In this document: positions 49,425 to 60,570 of the stretch, in pieces
How positions within the stretch are numbered: position 1 is the first letter of the stretch
Layout of the letters: each line of letters begins with the position of its first letter
DNA from: an uncultured bacterium
GTDB lineage: Bacteria > JAGOEH01
Length of the DNA stretch: 64,000 nt
Reading direction: 5' to 3'
Assembly: GCA_964632485.1 (NCBI GenBank)
Contig: CAZWDO010000003.1
Span: forward strand, 1-64,000
Program-made: the position numbers and the translations under genes
The notes under the pieces: model-generated
Databases searched by the model: none
What the model was told of the DNA's origin: nothing
Seen by the model: the letters and a program-made list of their open reading frames with translations, nothing else

Positions 49425-52400
49425 TTAACGAATCTTTACTAACTTGTTAATCTGATTTTTTTGACTACCGGTAAATGGTTCTCGTACCGTAATCCGATAA
49501 AAATAGGTTCCCGCGGCCAATTCATCACCGGCCCAATCTCTTCCGTCCCATTCAAAAATATTCTGCCCAACGGCAGCCACTCTTTCAAAACGCATGATCC
49601 TCCTTCCGGTCATGGTATAGATTTCGATCGTCGCCGTTCCACCGGTATTGGTTTCTAACACAAATTGAGTGGAGCTGCGAAATGGATTGGGATAATTATA
49701 AACTTGCTGGAGTTCAATCCGGCTTTTATTTTGAACTAATACGTTCAGTTGTTTTTCCGCCGGGTTGTTAAAATTATCATAACAGCGGAATAAAAATGTA
49801 TGATAACCGATACTTAGCGATTGGAAATGATAAGTAAGGGAGCCCTCCTGGTAGGAGTTCGCCTCATTTTGGAAATAGGGGGTCAGGTCGATGCGTTGTT
49901 GGGTATCGTCATCAATCATCAGCATGATTTGATGGCCGGGCAAACCGGTTTGATTGATCCCGTTTTCATCATAAAATCGGATGCTCAGGACAGAATTAGG
50001 GGTAATTTGAATCTCCTTCTGTTCGGGCGCCGGCAGGTAGTCAAAACTTACCGTGAGTTCCGGCGCGGTGGTATCGGTCCTGGAACTCGATTTGCCCGTC
50101 AAACGCAGGCGGTTATAAAATCCATCTACCTCGTAGTCTCCGGGCTGATAATATTTCAGGAGAGCGGTTCCTGACTGAAAACCCAAATCCAGGGGCACAA
50201 TCAGGCGCGCTTGCACGGTAAAATTTTCAATTTCGGAAAATCCGTGAAATAAGATGAATCCCGGCAGTTGATATGTTACCGGGGTGTAATTTGGTATCTG
50301 GTAAACAATCGCGCGGTCGGGATTTTGCAGCACTACTTGTGTTTTACCGGATGGTTCGCCCAATGTTTGTGACAAGGCCTCCACCGGGGCGGTTATAGTA
50401 ATTGGATCTCCGGCAACCAGTGAATCAGATCGGTCGAGCGGAATATTAATCCGATATCCCGGGCGAAGCAATGTCAGGTAAGGATCGCCCAAAAGGTTGT
50501 ATTGGCGGTTGTTGGTCAGGGAGGGATGATAGGCCATTTTGGCCATACTGAGCGCCTGGCCGATGGGCAAGCCATATTTAAGGGCGTAAAGCAGAAAGAG
50601 TCCATTCAGCGACTCGTTGGTTCCCGGGAAACTGGCCCGGTTGGAAGCGATGCAGGCGATAGCGCCGGCATCGGCTTGAAGCAGAAGTTTTTCTGCCAGG
50701 CAATATCCGTTGAGCATATCATAGCGGCCCACATCGCAGGCGGAAGCGTAAAACAGAAAATATTTGTTTTGATTGGTCAGTCGCTGAACATCTTCGCTGC
50801 CCTGGAAAATTGTCTCGTGAGCCAGACGCTCCCAACTACCATGCCCGGTCCAATTGAAAAGAAGGGCCCCTTCATTCAGGGCGTTGCGCAGGTCCACCCG
50901 GGCCTGGGGTTTCACTAATTTGCTATAATTCATTAGATATATTTTCTCTTTGAGCATGAAATCCGGAATATTGGGTATGATGAGGTTTTCAGTATTGACG
51001 GTATGCATCACTTCCACCTCGTTAGGGTATTGGATATTATCCTCATCATCGGCGGAGATAACGATACCATCGCGCCAGTAATCGCTGGATTTCCGGGTTT
51101 GGAATGAGATAAGTTTATCAACTACGCTGCGGGCTTCGGTCGTCGAGGTAACCGGGATGCGTCCAATCGCCAACTGAGGGAAGGTTTCGTCCATCGCTGT
51201 TCCCGCGCTATTCAAAAAAAAAGCAAAAAAATCGTCGCTGACGAGATACCCGTCAGGAGTCGTGAAAGAGGTTTCCCATACAGGCAATCTGGATACGACG
51301 ACATCGGAGAGAGTTCCCCGAAAATCGGCATTCCCATCTCCGAAAAAGAGCGCGTATTGCAAACGTTCTTGCTGCTGGTTCCAAGTATTGCTGGCATAAT
51401 AGAGGAAATCGCGCAAAGCGACGGGTTCATGGGCGCCCCAGCCGAACTCATGGTAAATGTCGGCCACATTAATCACGCGGACAGTAATCCCGTCGCGCTG
51501 ACGGTAAAATTGCGCCAGGCGTTCCGCTTCTGATATGAAAATGGGATGGCAAATCATCACGTAGGTGGCGCTTTGATCGGGGCGTCTGAGATACGCCCAG
51601 TTTACCGATTCCAGCCGAGTGGGTTGAAGTATCTGCGAGCGGTAGAGGGCTTTCAGTTGCAGGGATTCCGCCGGATTGAGCTGGATGAACAGAGATTGAC
51701 CTTGCAGTAACGGTTGAAAGCGTTGCGGATGAAAAATATCGCTAATGCCCAGCAAGAAATCGGGCGGGGAGGAATCATTTTTAAGACTATATTGCAGCGT
51801 CCTGCTTTCCGAGTCGGCATCGATCGGGGAAAAAGATTCGTGGTTGCGTCCCCCATCCAATTCCAATCGTTCCTGATATTCGAGAGAAAGGGCGTTAATA
51901 TACAAATCCTGCGTGATGGAGCCTGGAAAATTCATTTGAAGCTGGTTAGTTCCGGCCAGCATGGACCCCTGCGAGATCGGAAATTTAATTTTTGAATCAT
52001 TGATCGGGATATAGACAAAGGTGTCTTTTACCAATTGCCCATTGAACGATATTTGTATCCGTTGAGACGTCCCTCCGCTGTTGCGGTAAAATTGAACAGT
52101 GAGCAGGGCGGTAGAATCCGCCGCGGGAGCCGCCGTTTCGAGGGAGGCGCTAAAGCTCTGAGCGCTGGTTGCTGATATTTTGGCCCAATACCAGTTAATT
52201 CCATTTCCCAGGGGATGTAAGAGCAGATTTTGCTCTAAATAGATGGTATGCATGGCGCTGGATTGCGAGGATTGCGTGGGGATATCGACGGGAGTCGAGC
52301 GCAGGGGGATTTCTGTTCGCCGGGGTTGAGAATCGAGTACCAACCAATACCAGGTAGTGTCGTCATAAATAGAAGAGGAACCCGTATTTTTTTGATAGTC

Positions 52401-52691
52401 CCAGCATGGATTGGCTATGGCATAAAACAGCAACTGATCATTGGCATCCCAAATGCCATTGCCATTATCCTCAAATACGGTGGGCACTTCCTGCCATTCA
52501 ACCCGAGGCTGGCGCAGGTCATAGGGCAAGCTTTTCCCACCGGAGAAAAAAATGCGGAACTGGTTCGCAGAATAATTTGCCACATTGTTGATGTTTTGTG
52601 AAATCCGCTGTCCGGTAATTTTATACAATCCGGAAGCCGTCACAGGGATTTTAATATATGCCAGGTAATCCTCCATTTCAGGCACACCCAA
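49425..52691 (-). CDS. porU: C25 (gingipain-family) T9SS sortase PorU, C-terminal part (frameshifted from the upstream ORF)
   Basis: IKIPV...GLYKIT, SDDFF, IGRIPV, NWTGHGS and ASACDVG (His/Cys dyad), LLGDP, DTTAP, NYPNPF CTD; no signal peptide in this frame. Confidence 0.82.
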   Translation of the reverse strand: MGVPEMEDYLAYIKIPVTASGLYKITGQRISQNINNVANYSANQFRIFFSGGKSLPYDLRQPRVEWQEVPTVFEDNGNGIWDANDQLLFYAIANPCWDYQKNTGSSSIYDDTTWYWLVLDSQPRRTEIPLRSTPVDIPTQSSQSSAMHTIYLEQNLLLHPLGNGINWYWAKISATSAQSFSASLETAAPAADSTALLTVQFYRNSGGTSQRIQISFNGQLVKDTFVYIPINDSKIKFPISQGSMLAGTNQLQMNFPGSITQDLYINALSLEYQERLELDGGRNHESFSPIDADSESRTLQYSLKNDSSPPDFLLGISDIFHPQRFQPLLQGQSLFIQLNPAESLQLKALYRSQILQPTRLESVNWAYLRRPDQSATYVMICHPIFISEAERLAQFYRQRDGITVRVINVADIYHEFGWGAHEPVALRDFLYYASNTWNQQQERLQYALFFGDGNADFRGTLSDVVVSRLPVWETSFTTPDGYLVSDDFFAFFLNSAGTAMDETFPQLAIGRIPVTSTTEARSVVDKLISFQTRKSSDYWRDGIVISADDEDNIQYPNEVEVMHTVNTENLIIPNIPDFMLKEKIYLMNYSKLVKPQARVDLRNALNEGALLFNWTGHGSWERLAHETIFQGSEDVQRLTNQNKYFLFYASACDVGRYDMLNGYCLAEKLLLQADAGAIACIASNRASFPGTNESLNGLFLLYALKYGLPIGQALSMAKMAYHPSLTNNRQYNLLGDPYLTLLRPGYRINIPLDRSDSLVAGDPITITAPVEALSQTLGEPSGKTQVVLQNPDRAIVYQIPNYTPVTYQLPGFILFHGFSEIENFTVQARLIVPLDLGFQSGTALLKYYQPGDYEVDGFYNRLRLTGKSSSRTDTTAPELTVSFDYLPAPEQKEIQITPNSVLSIRFYDENGINQTGLPGHQIMLMIDDDTQQRIDLTPYFQNEANSYQEGSLTYHFQSLSIGYHTFLFRCYDNFNNPAEKQLNVLVQNKSRIELQQVYNYPNPFRSSTQFVLETNTGGTATIEIYTMTGRRIMRFERVAAVGQNIFEWDGRDWAGDELAAGTYFYRITVREPFTGSQKNQINKLVKIR

Positions 52692-53359
52692 GCCCGGAGT
52701 ATTCCTTGGATCCGGGAAAGCTTGGGTTCCGTCTCGATTTTAACGGGGCGGCAATCCGGGTTTAGCGCGATCTTGCGCAATGATGTGGGCAATGGGAGTT
52801 CCAGACCGGGCGTTAGCTGCGCGGGAAATTGATATGTCACTGTGATTCGCATTCGACGGATAATGATGGCCTCGCCTTTTGATTCATCATAGCGCGCCAG
52901 TCGAATCGTCCCGGTGGCGATTGGGTATCCTTCCACGCGCGCCGGTGGGTTTAATTCGACCCAGTTATCGTCGAATATTTCTGAAACAGTGTCATCGGCT
53001 ATCCGTGTTTTCTGTTGATCGATTTGAAATGATTGCCGGCGCTGCCAATCACGCGCTGGGTATAATGTGGAATCGAGTATCTGCCAAGAAATATCATAAC
53101 GCAGAGAAGACGGAATAAAAAAACTGAACGTCAGGCCGGGGACAACCCGGGTTCCCGATGGAAACTGTTGAGCGCCATCAATGATGAGAAATGGGGCATC
53201 GGTAGCGCCGCCTATGTTGAAGGTGTCGACCTCAACTAACAGCTCTAACACCTGGCGGGTTGACGTCATCACGGTTAGATGGGCATCGTCTGCTACTAAC
53301 GATACTGTTCCGTTAATTACTAACAAAACTAACAAAAATAATATTCGGTTTAAATACAT
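52640..53359 (-). CDS. porU: N-terminal part of PorU: signal peptide + C25 propeptide-like domain
   Basis: Signal peptide MYLNRILFLL...; YDESKGEAIIIRRMRITVTY and IALNP typical of C25 prodomains; overlaps the next ORF in the -1 frame. Confidence 0.65.
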   Translation of the reverse strand: MYLNRILFLLVLLVINGTVSLVADDAHLTVMTSTRQVLELLVEVDTFNIGGATDAPFLIIDGAQQFPSGTRVVPGLTFSFFIPSSLRYDISWQILDSTLYPARDWQRRQSFQIDQQKTRIADDTVSEIFDDNWVELNPPARVEGYPIATGTIRLARYDESKGEAIIIRRMRITVTYQFPAQLTPGLELPLPTSLRKIALNPDCRPVKIETEPKLSRIQGILRAWVCLKWRITWHILKSL

Positions 53360-53366
53360 AGACATT

Positions 53367-53395
53367 AAAATAAAAATTCTTTGGCTAAAAGTCAA
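53367..53395 (-). promoter_or_regulatory. Sigma70-type promoter of porU, probably leaderless
   Basis: TTGACT-17-TATTTT then 7 nt to ATG 53359. Confidence 0.55.
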
Positions 53396-53403
53396 GCTAA
53401 AAA

Positions 53404-53565
53404 TTACACAGTATGGGTGAATGACTGCATAAACCAACGAATTCTTTCCGCTTTCTTGTCATCGCCGCGTAGGGCGTACCAGAACGCCTGATAAGCCAAT
53501 TGCTGAATCAATGTGTACTTGTTCACCAATTCGGGGGGAGTGGGCAATCCTGCAATATGTTCCAT
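53404..53565 (-). CDS. Unannotated 53-aa small protein
   Basis: MEHIAGLPTPPELVNKYTLIQQLAYQAFWYALRGDDKKAERIRWFMQSFTHTV; AAAGGAG SD 6 nt before ATG; sigma54 promoter upstream. Confidence 0.7.
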   Translation of the reverse strand: MEHIAGLPTPPELVNKYTLIQQLAYQAFWYALRGDDKKAERIRWFMQSFTHTV

Positions 53566-53619
53566 AAATTTCTCCTTTGAATGAAGAGTGGAAGAGTGAT
53601 AGGCTCAATAATTATATAC

Positions 53620-53636
53620 TGCATTTATTGTGCCAA
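53620..53636 (-). promoter_or_regulatory. Sigma54 (-24/-12) promoter
   Basis: TTGGCACAATAAATGCA (TGGCAC, GG-N10-GC). Confidence 0.7.
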
Positions 53637-53660
53637 ACGAATTGAATTTTTAGTTTTGAC

Positions 53661-53688
53661 TTGACATTTTCATTTTTTACTATATATT
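53661..53688 (+). promoter_or_regulatory. Sigma70-type promoter upstream of secA
   Basis: TTGACA-16-TATATT. Confidence 0.55.
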
Positions 53689-53894
53689 ATAATGAAATGC
53701 AATATTCACCAATGGTGATTTCAGTAGAAGAATGAGAAAATAGTATTAGGTTTGATTAAAATCCGAACTGACCTGATTTTGGCGTGAATAGCGGATTACG
53801 GGTGATTTGGGGCATGGATGGAATGGTCTGGATACGGTATTTGAAGACAGGTTCGAGTGAACAGGATGAAATATATAAATGAAAAGAGGCGATT

Positions 53895-56800
53895 ATGTTA
53901 ATGAAATTTTTAGAAAAGCTGTTTGGTTCGCGGCAGACGCGGGAGCTGACGAAATTTTCGCAACGGGTGAAATCGATTAATGATGTTTGGGAAACGTATA
54001 CGCAGGTGAGTGAGGAAGCGCTGAAGAACAAAACGCAGGAATTCAGGGACCGTTTGGTTGCGGGGGAGACGGTTGATGATTTACTGCCTGAAGCGTTTGC
54101 TACGGTTAAGGAAACGTGCCGCCGTTTATGTGGCGCAACCTGGCAGGTTCGGGGCATTGAACAGACCTGGGACATGGTTCCCTATGATGTCCAGTTAATC
54201 GGGGGAATGGTTCTGAATGAAGGCGCTATTGCGGAAATGGCGACTGGTGAGGGAAAAACGCTGGTGGCGACTTTGCCGCTATATTTAAACGCGTTGCCTG
54301 GGAAAGGCGCGCACCTGGTAACGGTTAACGATTACCTCGCGCAACGTGATGCCGAGTGGATGGGTGAAATATTCCGGTTTTTGGGACTCACGGTTGGCGT
54401 AATCATAACAAATCTGTCGCCGGAGCAACGCCGCGCCGCTTATCAGTGTGATATTACGTATGGTACCAATAATGAATTCGGATTTGATTATCTGCGCGAC
54501 AACATGACATGGGAGAAAGACCAATTGGTACAGCGCGATTTCCATTATGCTATCGTCGATGAAGTGGACAGTGTTCTGGTCGATGAGGCGCGTACGCCAT
54601 TGATCATCTCCGGGCCTGTGGAGCAGACGCCTCATAAATACTATGAAATGCGCCCACTGATTGAGCGCCTCGTAAAAAAACAAACAATTCTGGTTAATTC
54701 CATGGTCAGCCAGGCAAAAACCCTGATCGAAAAAGAGAAACCTACTGATAAAGAGTGGCAGACAGCGGGTGAGCTTTTACTGAAAGCCCAGCGTGGATCT
54801 CCTAAACATAAACAATTGCACAAACTCCTCAAAGATCCGGAAATCAAGAATCTGGTGACGAAAACTGAAAATTTTTTCATGCAGGAAAAGAAAATGCATG
54901 ATCTTGATGAAGGGTTGTATTATATCATTGACGAAAAAGCCCATGCTGCTGATTTGATGGAAAATGGCCGTAATGAGCTGAAACCCGGCGAGCCCAATTA
55001 TTTTGTTCTGCCGCCTCTTAACGAGCAGCTTTCGATGATCGAGGGAGATGAAGACTTGAACGACAAGGATAAAGTGGAAGCCCGGGAAAAAATGACGCAC
55101 CGCTACCAGGAAAAAAGCGATCAGTTGCACACAATCAGCAATCTTTTGCGCGCCTATGCGTTGTATGAAAAGGATGTGCTCTATATTGTGCAGGAAAATA
55201 AAGTCATTATTGTGGACGAATTTACTGGACGATTAATGCCGGGCCGACGCTGGAGCGATGGCATGCACCAGGCCATCGAAGCCAAGGAAGGTGTGCATAT
55301 TGAAGAAGAGACGCAAACCTATGCAACGATTACCTTGCAGAATTATTTCCGAATGTATGCTAAACTGGCCGGAATGACGGGTACTGCGATTACCGAGGAG
55401 GGTGAATTTTTTGAGATTTATAAATTAAATGTGTTCAATGTGCCCACGAATCGCCCTGTTCGGCGGATCGATTACAATGATGCCGTTTACCGGACACGGA
55501 AGGAAAAGTATCAAGCCATTGTGGAAGAAATTATCCGTTTTCATCAAAATAATCAGCCGGTACTGGTCGGTACGGTTACGGTAGAAGTTTCGGAAATTAT
55601 CAGCCGTTTTTTAAAACGGCGCAACATTCCTCATAATGTCCTCAACGCCAAATATCACCAGAAAGAAGCCGAGATTGTTTCACTTGCGGGACAGCCCGGA
55701 TCGGTGACAATTGCCACCAATATGGCGGGTCGCGGAACTGATATCAAATTGGGCAAAGGAATTGTCAAATGCGCCGATAAGAAATTCGGCGCGGACGAAA
55801 ATATCAAGTGTTTTCTGAATACTCCCGGAGTTAAGGATAGCGACACCGATGTGGATTTGAAAAAGTGCCGGCAGGATATTCCCTGCGGGTTGCATATCAT
55901 TGGAACCGAACGGCATGAAAGCCGCCGGATTGATCGGCAGTTGCGGGGACGCGCCGGTCGCCAGGGCGATCCGGGGTCTTCCCGTTTTTTTATTTCGTTG
56001 GAAGACGATTTGATGCGCCTTTTCGGCTCTGATCGCTATATTAATATCCTTAATAAATTGAAAATGGAAGAAGGCGAACGGATTGAGCATCCAATGATCA
56101 CCCGTTCAATCGAACGCGCTCAAAAAATGGTGGAGGGACATAACTTCGAAATCCGTAAAAATCTGCTGGAGTACGATAATATCATGAACCAGCAGCGGAC
56201 AATTGTCTATAAGAAACGCCGGGAAATTCTTATGGCCAACGACACGGTCCCCCTGATAAATCAAGTGATCGAAGATACCGTTTGGGACTTGATCGATATG
56301 CATACGAACGATAAGCTGCCGGCCGAGGAATGGAATTTAAGCGCCATTACGGGGGATATTCGCAATATGTGCCGTCTGCAATTGGAGATCGATCCCGATA
56401 CTTATGATGAATTGACCCCTGATATTCTGGGCAATGATTTGATCAAGAAAATCCAATATGCTTATTCCAGTATCCGCCAGCCTTTTGAACCTGAGCGGCG
56501 GCAATGGAATGAAACATTTATTTTGCTGCGCAGCATCGATGAGAAGTGGCGTGAGCATCTTTATGAGCTGGATAGTCTCCGTCAAAGTGTCGGATTGCGC
56601 GCAATTGGTCAGAAAGATCCGTTGATTGAGTATAAAAAGGAAAGTTTGGGAATGTTCCAGGAATTGCTGGGGGCGATTGACCGTCAGGCGTTGGGCGGGC
56701 TTTTCGGCAGTATCATGGTGGCCATTGAGGGCATGAACAAACAGCAGCAGATTAATTTTCAGCATCAGTCAATGGAACATCTGGGCGCTATCCGAAAGCA

Positions 56801-56987
56801 GGCGATGGAGCAAGCGCAGGCGCGACAAGCCAATAGCGCCGGCGATGAAGAAAATGGCGCGGCGCCAGCCAAGGGTTATACTGTCCGCAATCAACAGCCT
56901 AAAATTGGCCCCAATGAACCGTGCCCGTGTGGAAGTGGGAAAAAATATAAAAAATGTCATGGCCGGGTAGGACAAACGGAGGAGTGA
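53895..56987 (+). CDS. secA: Preprotein translocase subunit SecA
   Basis: [77 protein letters not shown]. Confidence 0.98.
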   Translation: MLMKFLEKLFGSRQTRELTKFSQRVKSINDVWETYTQVSEEALKNKTQEFRDRLVAGETVDDLLPEAFATVKETCRRLCGATWQVRGIEQTWDMVPYDVQLIGGMVLNEGAIAEMATGEGKTLVATLPLYLNALPGKGAHLVTVNDYLAQRDAEWMGEIFRFLGLTVGVIITNLSPEQRRAAYQCDITYGTNNEFGFDYLRDNMTWEKDQLVQRDFHYAIVDEVDSVLVDEARTPLIISGPVEQTPHKYYEMRPLIERLVKKQTILVNSMVSQAKTLIEKEKPTDKEWQTAGELLLKAQRGSPKHKQLHKLLKDPEIKNLVTKTENFFMQEKKMHDLDEGLYYIIDEKAHAADLMENGRNELKPGEPNYFVLPPLNEQLSMIEGDEDLNDKDKVEAREKMTHRYQEKSDQLHTISNLLRAYALYEKDVLYIVQENKVIIVDEFTGRLMPGRRWSDGMHQAIEAKEGVHIEEETQTYATITLQNYFRMYAKLAGMTGTAITEEGEFFEIYKLNVFNVPTNRPVRRIDYNDAVYRTRKEKYQAIVEEIIRFHQNNQPVLVGTVTVEVSEIISRFLKRRNIPHNVLNAKYHQKEAEIVSLAGQPGSVTIATNMAGRGTDIKLGKGIVKCADKKFGADENIKCFLNTPGVKDSDTDVDLKKCRQDIPCGLHIIGTERHESRRIDRQLRGRAGRQGDPGSSRFFISLEDDLMRLFGSDRYINILNKLKMEEGERIEHPMITRSIERAQKMVEGHNFEIRKNLLEYDNIMNQQRTIVYKKRREILMANDTVPLINQVIEDTVWDLIDMHTNDKLPAEEWNLSAITGDIRNMCRLQLEIDPDTYDELTPDILGNDLIKKIQYAYSSIRQPFEPERRQWNETFILLRSIDEKWREHLYELDSLRQSVGLRAIGQKDPLIEYKKESLGMFQELLGAIDRQALGGLFGSIMVAIEGMNKQQQINFQHQSMEHLGAIRKQAMEQAQARQANSAGDEENGAAPAKGYTVRNQQPKIGPNEPCPCGSGKKYKKCHGRVGQTEE

Positions 56988-57035
56988 TTTCGGTCCTCAG
57001 AGAATGCTCAGCAACCAAGATGTTCAGTTTGGATA

Positions 57036-57070
57036 TTGAATCTCCTGCAAGGCCCTCACAGGAGATTCAA
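57036..57070. terminator. Hairpin between the convergent secA and leuD genes
   Basis: TTGAATCTCCTG / CAGGAGATTCAA perfect 12-bp inverted repeat. Confidence 0.7.
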
Positions 57071-57142
57071 GTTGCATACACGATTTTGAGTTCGCTATTT
57101 TTAGTTTTTTACCAAAGAAAAATATAAAGCCAACTGTTTTCT

Positions 57143-57631
57143 TTACAGTATCTTAGATCTGACCCAACTGATTAATCCGCCCTTAGAGATCAGCTCCTGC
57201 ATAAATTCGGGAAACGGTTGAATCGAATATTGGGCTCCCTGGGTGAGATTTTCGATTATTCCCTGGCTAATAGAGATTTTAAGCCGATCACCCCCGCAAA
57301 TTTGCGTGGCTTCGGGAAGTTCAATGATAGGTAATCCGATATTGATGGCATTGCGGAAAAAAATTCGGGCAAAAGAAACGGCCACAACGCAACTGACGCC
57401 AACAGTTTTAATAGCCAGGGGCGCGTGTTCACGCGAGGAGCCGCAGCCGAAATTTTTGCCGGCAACCATGATATCGCCGGGTTTAACGGTTTTAGCAAAC
57501 TCGCTGTCGATATCTTCCATGCAATGGAGCGCCAGATGCGCGGCATCTTTAATATTCAGGTATCGCGCCGGTATTATAACATCTGTATCGATATGATCGC
57601 CAAAACGATGGACATTGCCTTCAAAATTCAT
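57143..57631 (-). CDS. leuD: 3-isopropylmalate dehydratase small subunit
   Basis: IDTDVIIPARYL, NFGCGSSREHA, FARIFFRNAIN. Confidence 0.94.
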   Translation of the reverse strand: MNFEGNVHRFGDHIDTDVIIPARYLNIKDAAHLALHCMEDIDSEFAKTVKPGDIMVAGKNFGCGSSREHAPLAIKTVGVSCVVAVSFARIFFRNAINIGLPIIELPEATQICGGDRLKISISQGIIENLTQGAQYSIQPFPEFMQELISKGGLISWVRSKIL

Positions 57632-58885
57632 TACAACACCTCCGGGGTAGAAATCAAGCCCGTAATAGCGGAAGCGGCGGCTACAGCCGGACTGGCCAGA
57701 TATATTTCACTGTTTTTATGGCCCATGCGGCCGATGAAATTGCGGTTGGTCGTAGCGACGCATTTTTCTCCAGCGGCCAGTATTCCCATATGACCGCCCA
57801 GGCAGGGACCGCAAGTGGGGGTGCTGACTACCGCGCCGCTTTCGATAAAAGTTTCGATGTAACCGGCTTTAAGCGCCTCCAAGTATATCAGTTGGGTAGC
57901 CGGTATGACGATTAGTCGCACGCGTGGGTGGATGTGTCGNNNNNNNNNNAGCGGCAATGGCTAAATCAGAGATGCGGCCGTTGGTACAAGAGCCAATAAC
58001 AACCTGATCAATGACAATTTCGGGTAAATCAGCGGCTGACCGGGTATTCTCCGGTAAATGAGGGCAAGCCACAGTTAATGGAATCTGATTTAGATCATAA
58101 GTTATTCGGCAAGTATAAATTGCATCGGTATCCGCTTCAAATGTCCGGGGAGGTCGCGCCTTATGGTCCATTAGGTAGTTGCGGCAGAGCGCATCAACGG
58201 GGAATATGCCGTTTTTGGCGCCGGCTTCTATGGCCATGTTGGCAATGGTAAACCGGTCATCCATTGTGAGGGACGCCACGCCGATTCCGCCGAACTCCAG
58301 GGATTGATAGCGAGCGCCATCAACGCCGATCTCACCGATTAGATGTAGTATTAAATCTTTGCCGGAGACCCAGGGTTGAAATTTCCCTTCTAAAACGATC
58401 TGGAGGGCGTCGGGGATTTTGAACCAGGCTTTACCCATGGCCATCCCGGCAGCCATATCGGTGCTGCCGATACCGGTAGCGAAGGCGCCAACTGCGCCAT
58501 AGGTGCAGGTATGGGAATCCGCGCCGATGATTACGTCGCCCGCGCTGACCAGCCCCTGCTCGGGCAGCAGCGCATGTTCGATTCCCATGCGACCCACTTC
58601 AAAATAATTCACAATTCCCATCTGCTGGGCAAACTTGCGCATCTGCCTGGCCAGTTCAGCCGCGTAAATATCCTTATTGGGTGTGAAATGATCCGGTACC
58701 AGGGCAATTTTCAGCGGATCAAAGACCCGGTCAACGCCGATTTTATTAAACTCATCAATGGCGATCGGGGCAGTAATGTCATTTCCAAGAACCATATCCA
58801 GTTCAGCCAGAACGAATTCTCCAGGATCAACATGTTCCCGTCCCGCATGCGCCGCCAAAATCTTTGCGGTCATGGTCATACTCAT
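57631..58885 (-). CDS. leuC: 3-isopropylmalate dehydratase large subunit (one gene spanning the gap at 57940-57949)
   Basis: [22 protein letters not shown] before the gap; [16 protein letters not shown] after it. Confidence 0.93.
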
Positions 58886-60405
58886 GAATGCGCCTCCTGT
58901 CCACTGACGACTTTATTGATAGCATTCAGATAGGCGCGGGCGCTGGCCTCAATGATGTCAGTACTCAGGCCCCGGCCAACCACGCATTCATCGTTATGCG
59001 CAATTTTAACCGTCACTTCGCCCAAGGCATCTTTACCGCTGGTTACCGCTTTGATATAATAGTCATTCAGCACGACTTCCACTCCGGTCGCCCGTTCAAT
59101 CGCGCGGAAAATCGCGTCGACCGGGCCATCGCCGCATGCCGCTTCCTCCACCAATGTGTCGCCTTTTTTAATCCGTACGGTAGCGCTGGCGATTAAAGTG
59201 TTACCACTGGTTGTATGAAAATATTCCATGCTATATATCGGCTCAATCTGCATCGCTTCTTCCTGGATTAATGCTTCCAGATCGCGGTCCATGACGTATT
59301 TCTTTTTGTCCGCCAGATCCTTGAACCGAGTAAATGCCTCGCTGATTTTTTCGCTTGATAGATCGCTGAATCCCAGTTCTTTCAGACGTTCTTCGAAAGC
59401 ATGTCGTCCGGAATGTTTTCCCAGGACCATCTGACTTTGGGAAAGCCCGATCGATTGAGGCGTCATTATTTCATAGGTTTCGGCATGACTGAGCACACCA
59501 TGCTGGTGGATGCCGGACTCATGAGCAAAGGCATTGGCGCCGACGATTGCTTTGTTGGGTTGCACCTGAACGCCGGTGATATAGGACACGAGCGCGCTGG
59601 TACGGTGAATCTGCTCGGTATTGATTTTTAAATCAACGGGATAATGGTCGTGACGGGTCCGAAGCGTCATGACGATTTCTTCCAGCGCGGCGTTCCCGGC
59701 GCGTTCTCCCAGTCCATTGATCGTGCATTCCACTTGTTGCGCGCCGTTTTGTATGGCGGCTAAGGAATTGGCCACGGCTAATCCCAGATCGTTATGGCAA
59801 TGTACGCTGAGAATGACCTTATCAATATTTTCCACATTTTCCCGTATATTCTTTATAAATAGACCAAATTCTGCCGGAGTCGCATATCCAACCGTATCGG
59901 GAATATTGATTATTTTGGCTCCGGCAGCTACGACGTGATTGAGTACTTGGTAGAGAAATTCGGGCCGGGTGCGAAACCCGTCTTCGGGAGAAAATTCGAC
60001 TTCGCCACAGAGTGAACATGCATATTTGACCATGGCCACCGCGCGCTCCAATACTTGCTCCGGTTTCATTTTTAATTTGTAATGCATGTGAATGTCTGAA
60101 GTGGCAATAAATGTGTGGATGCGAGGATGTTCCGCATATTGCAATGCCTCCCAGGCCCGGTCAATATCCTGTTGGGTAGCTCGCGCCAAGCCGGCGACTC
60201 CTACTCCTTTCATTGCTTTGGCAATTGCTTTTACTCCCTCGAAATCCCCTGGCGACGCGATGGGGAATCCGGCTTCCATGATGTCCACTCCTAAAATCTG
60301 TAGTTGCCGCGCAATTTCCAGCTTTTCCTGGACGTTGAGGTTTATCCCCGGTGATTGCTCGCCATCACGTAAGGTCGTATCAAAAATATAAATTCGCTGA
60401 CTCAT
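58882..60405 (-). CDS. leuA: 2-isopropylmalate synthase
   Basis: [38 protein letters not shown]-terminal regulatory domain. Confidence 0.96.
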   Translation of the reverse strand: MSQRIYIFDTTLRDGEQSPGINLNVQEKLEIARQLQILGVDIMEAGFPIASPGDFEGVKAIAKAMKGVGVAGLARATQQDIDRAWEALQYAEHPRIHTFIATSDIHMHYKLKMKPEQVLERAVAMVKYACSLCGEVEFSPEDGFRTRPEFLYQVLNHVVAAGAKIINIPDTVGYATPAEFGLFIKNIRENVENIDKVILSVHCHNDLGLAVANSLAAIQNGAQQVECTINGLGERAGNAALEEIVMTLRTRHDHYPVDLKINTEQIHRTSALVSYITGVQVQPNKAIVGANAFAHESGIHQHGVLSHAETYEIMTPQSIGLSQSQMVLGKHSGRHAFEERLKELGFSDLSSEKISEAFTRFKDLADKKKYVMDRDLEALIQEEAMQIEPIYSMEYFHTTSGNTLIASATVRIKKGDTLVEEAACGDGPVDAIFRAIERATGVEVVLNDYYIKAVTSGKDALGEVTVKIAHNDECVVGRGLSTDIIEASARAYLNAINKVVSGQEAHS

Positions 60406-60535
60406 TAGATCATACTCCTTTCCGGAATCGTTAAATCATTTTTAACCAACTTGATTATATTGGCTCAATTAATGAATAATTATGACTTTTTTGAAACAAA
60501 GTCAAGCAAAAAATGAAGTATGAAAGAATTATTCG

Positions 60536-60563
60536 TTGACTTTTTTCATTTTTTTCCTATATT
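60536..60563 (+). promoter_or_regulatory. Sigma70-type promoter, probably leaderless
   Basis: TTGACT-16-TATATT then 7 nt to ATG 60571. Confidence 0.6.
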
Positions 60564-60570
60564 CAACGAA

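Noticed and set aside
53783-53881. Short ORF upstream of secA as a SecM-like arrest peptide
   Set aside because: No SD, no signal sequence and no RAGP/RAPP-type arrest motif.
57940-57949. Apparent split or pseudogenised leuC
   Set aside because: The frame change coincides with a 10-N assembly gap, and both halves carry intact motifs.
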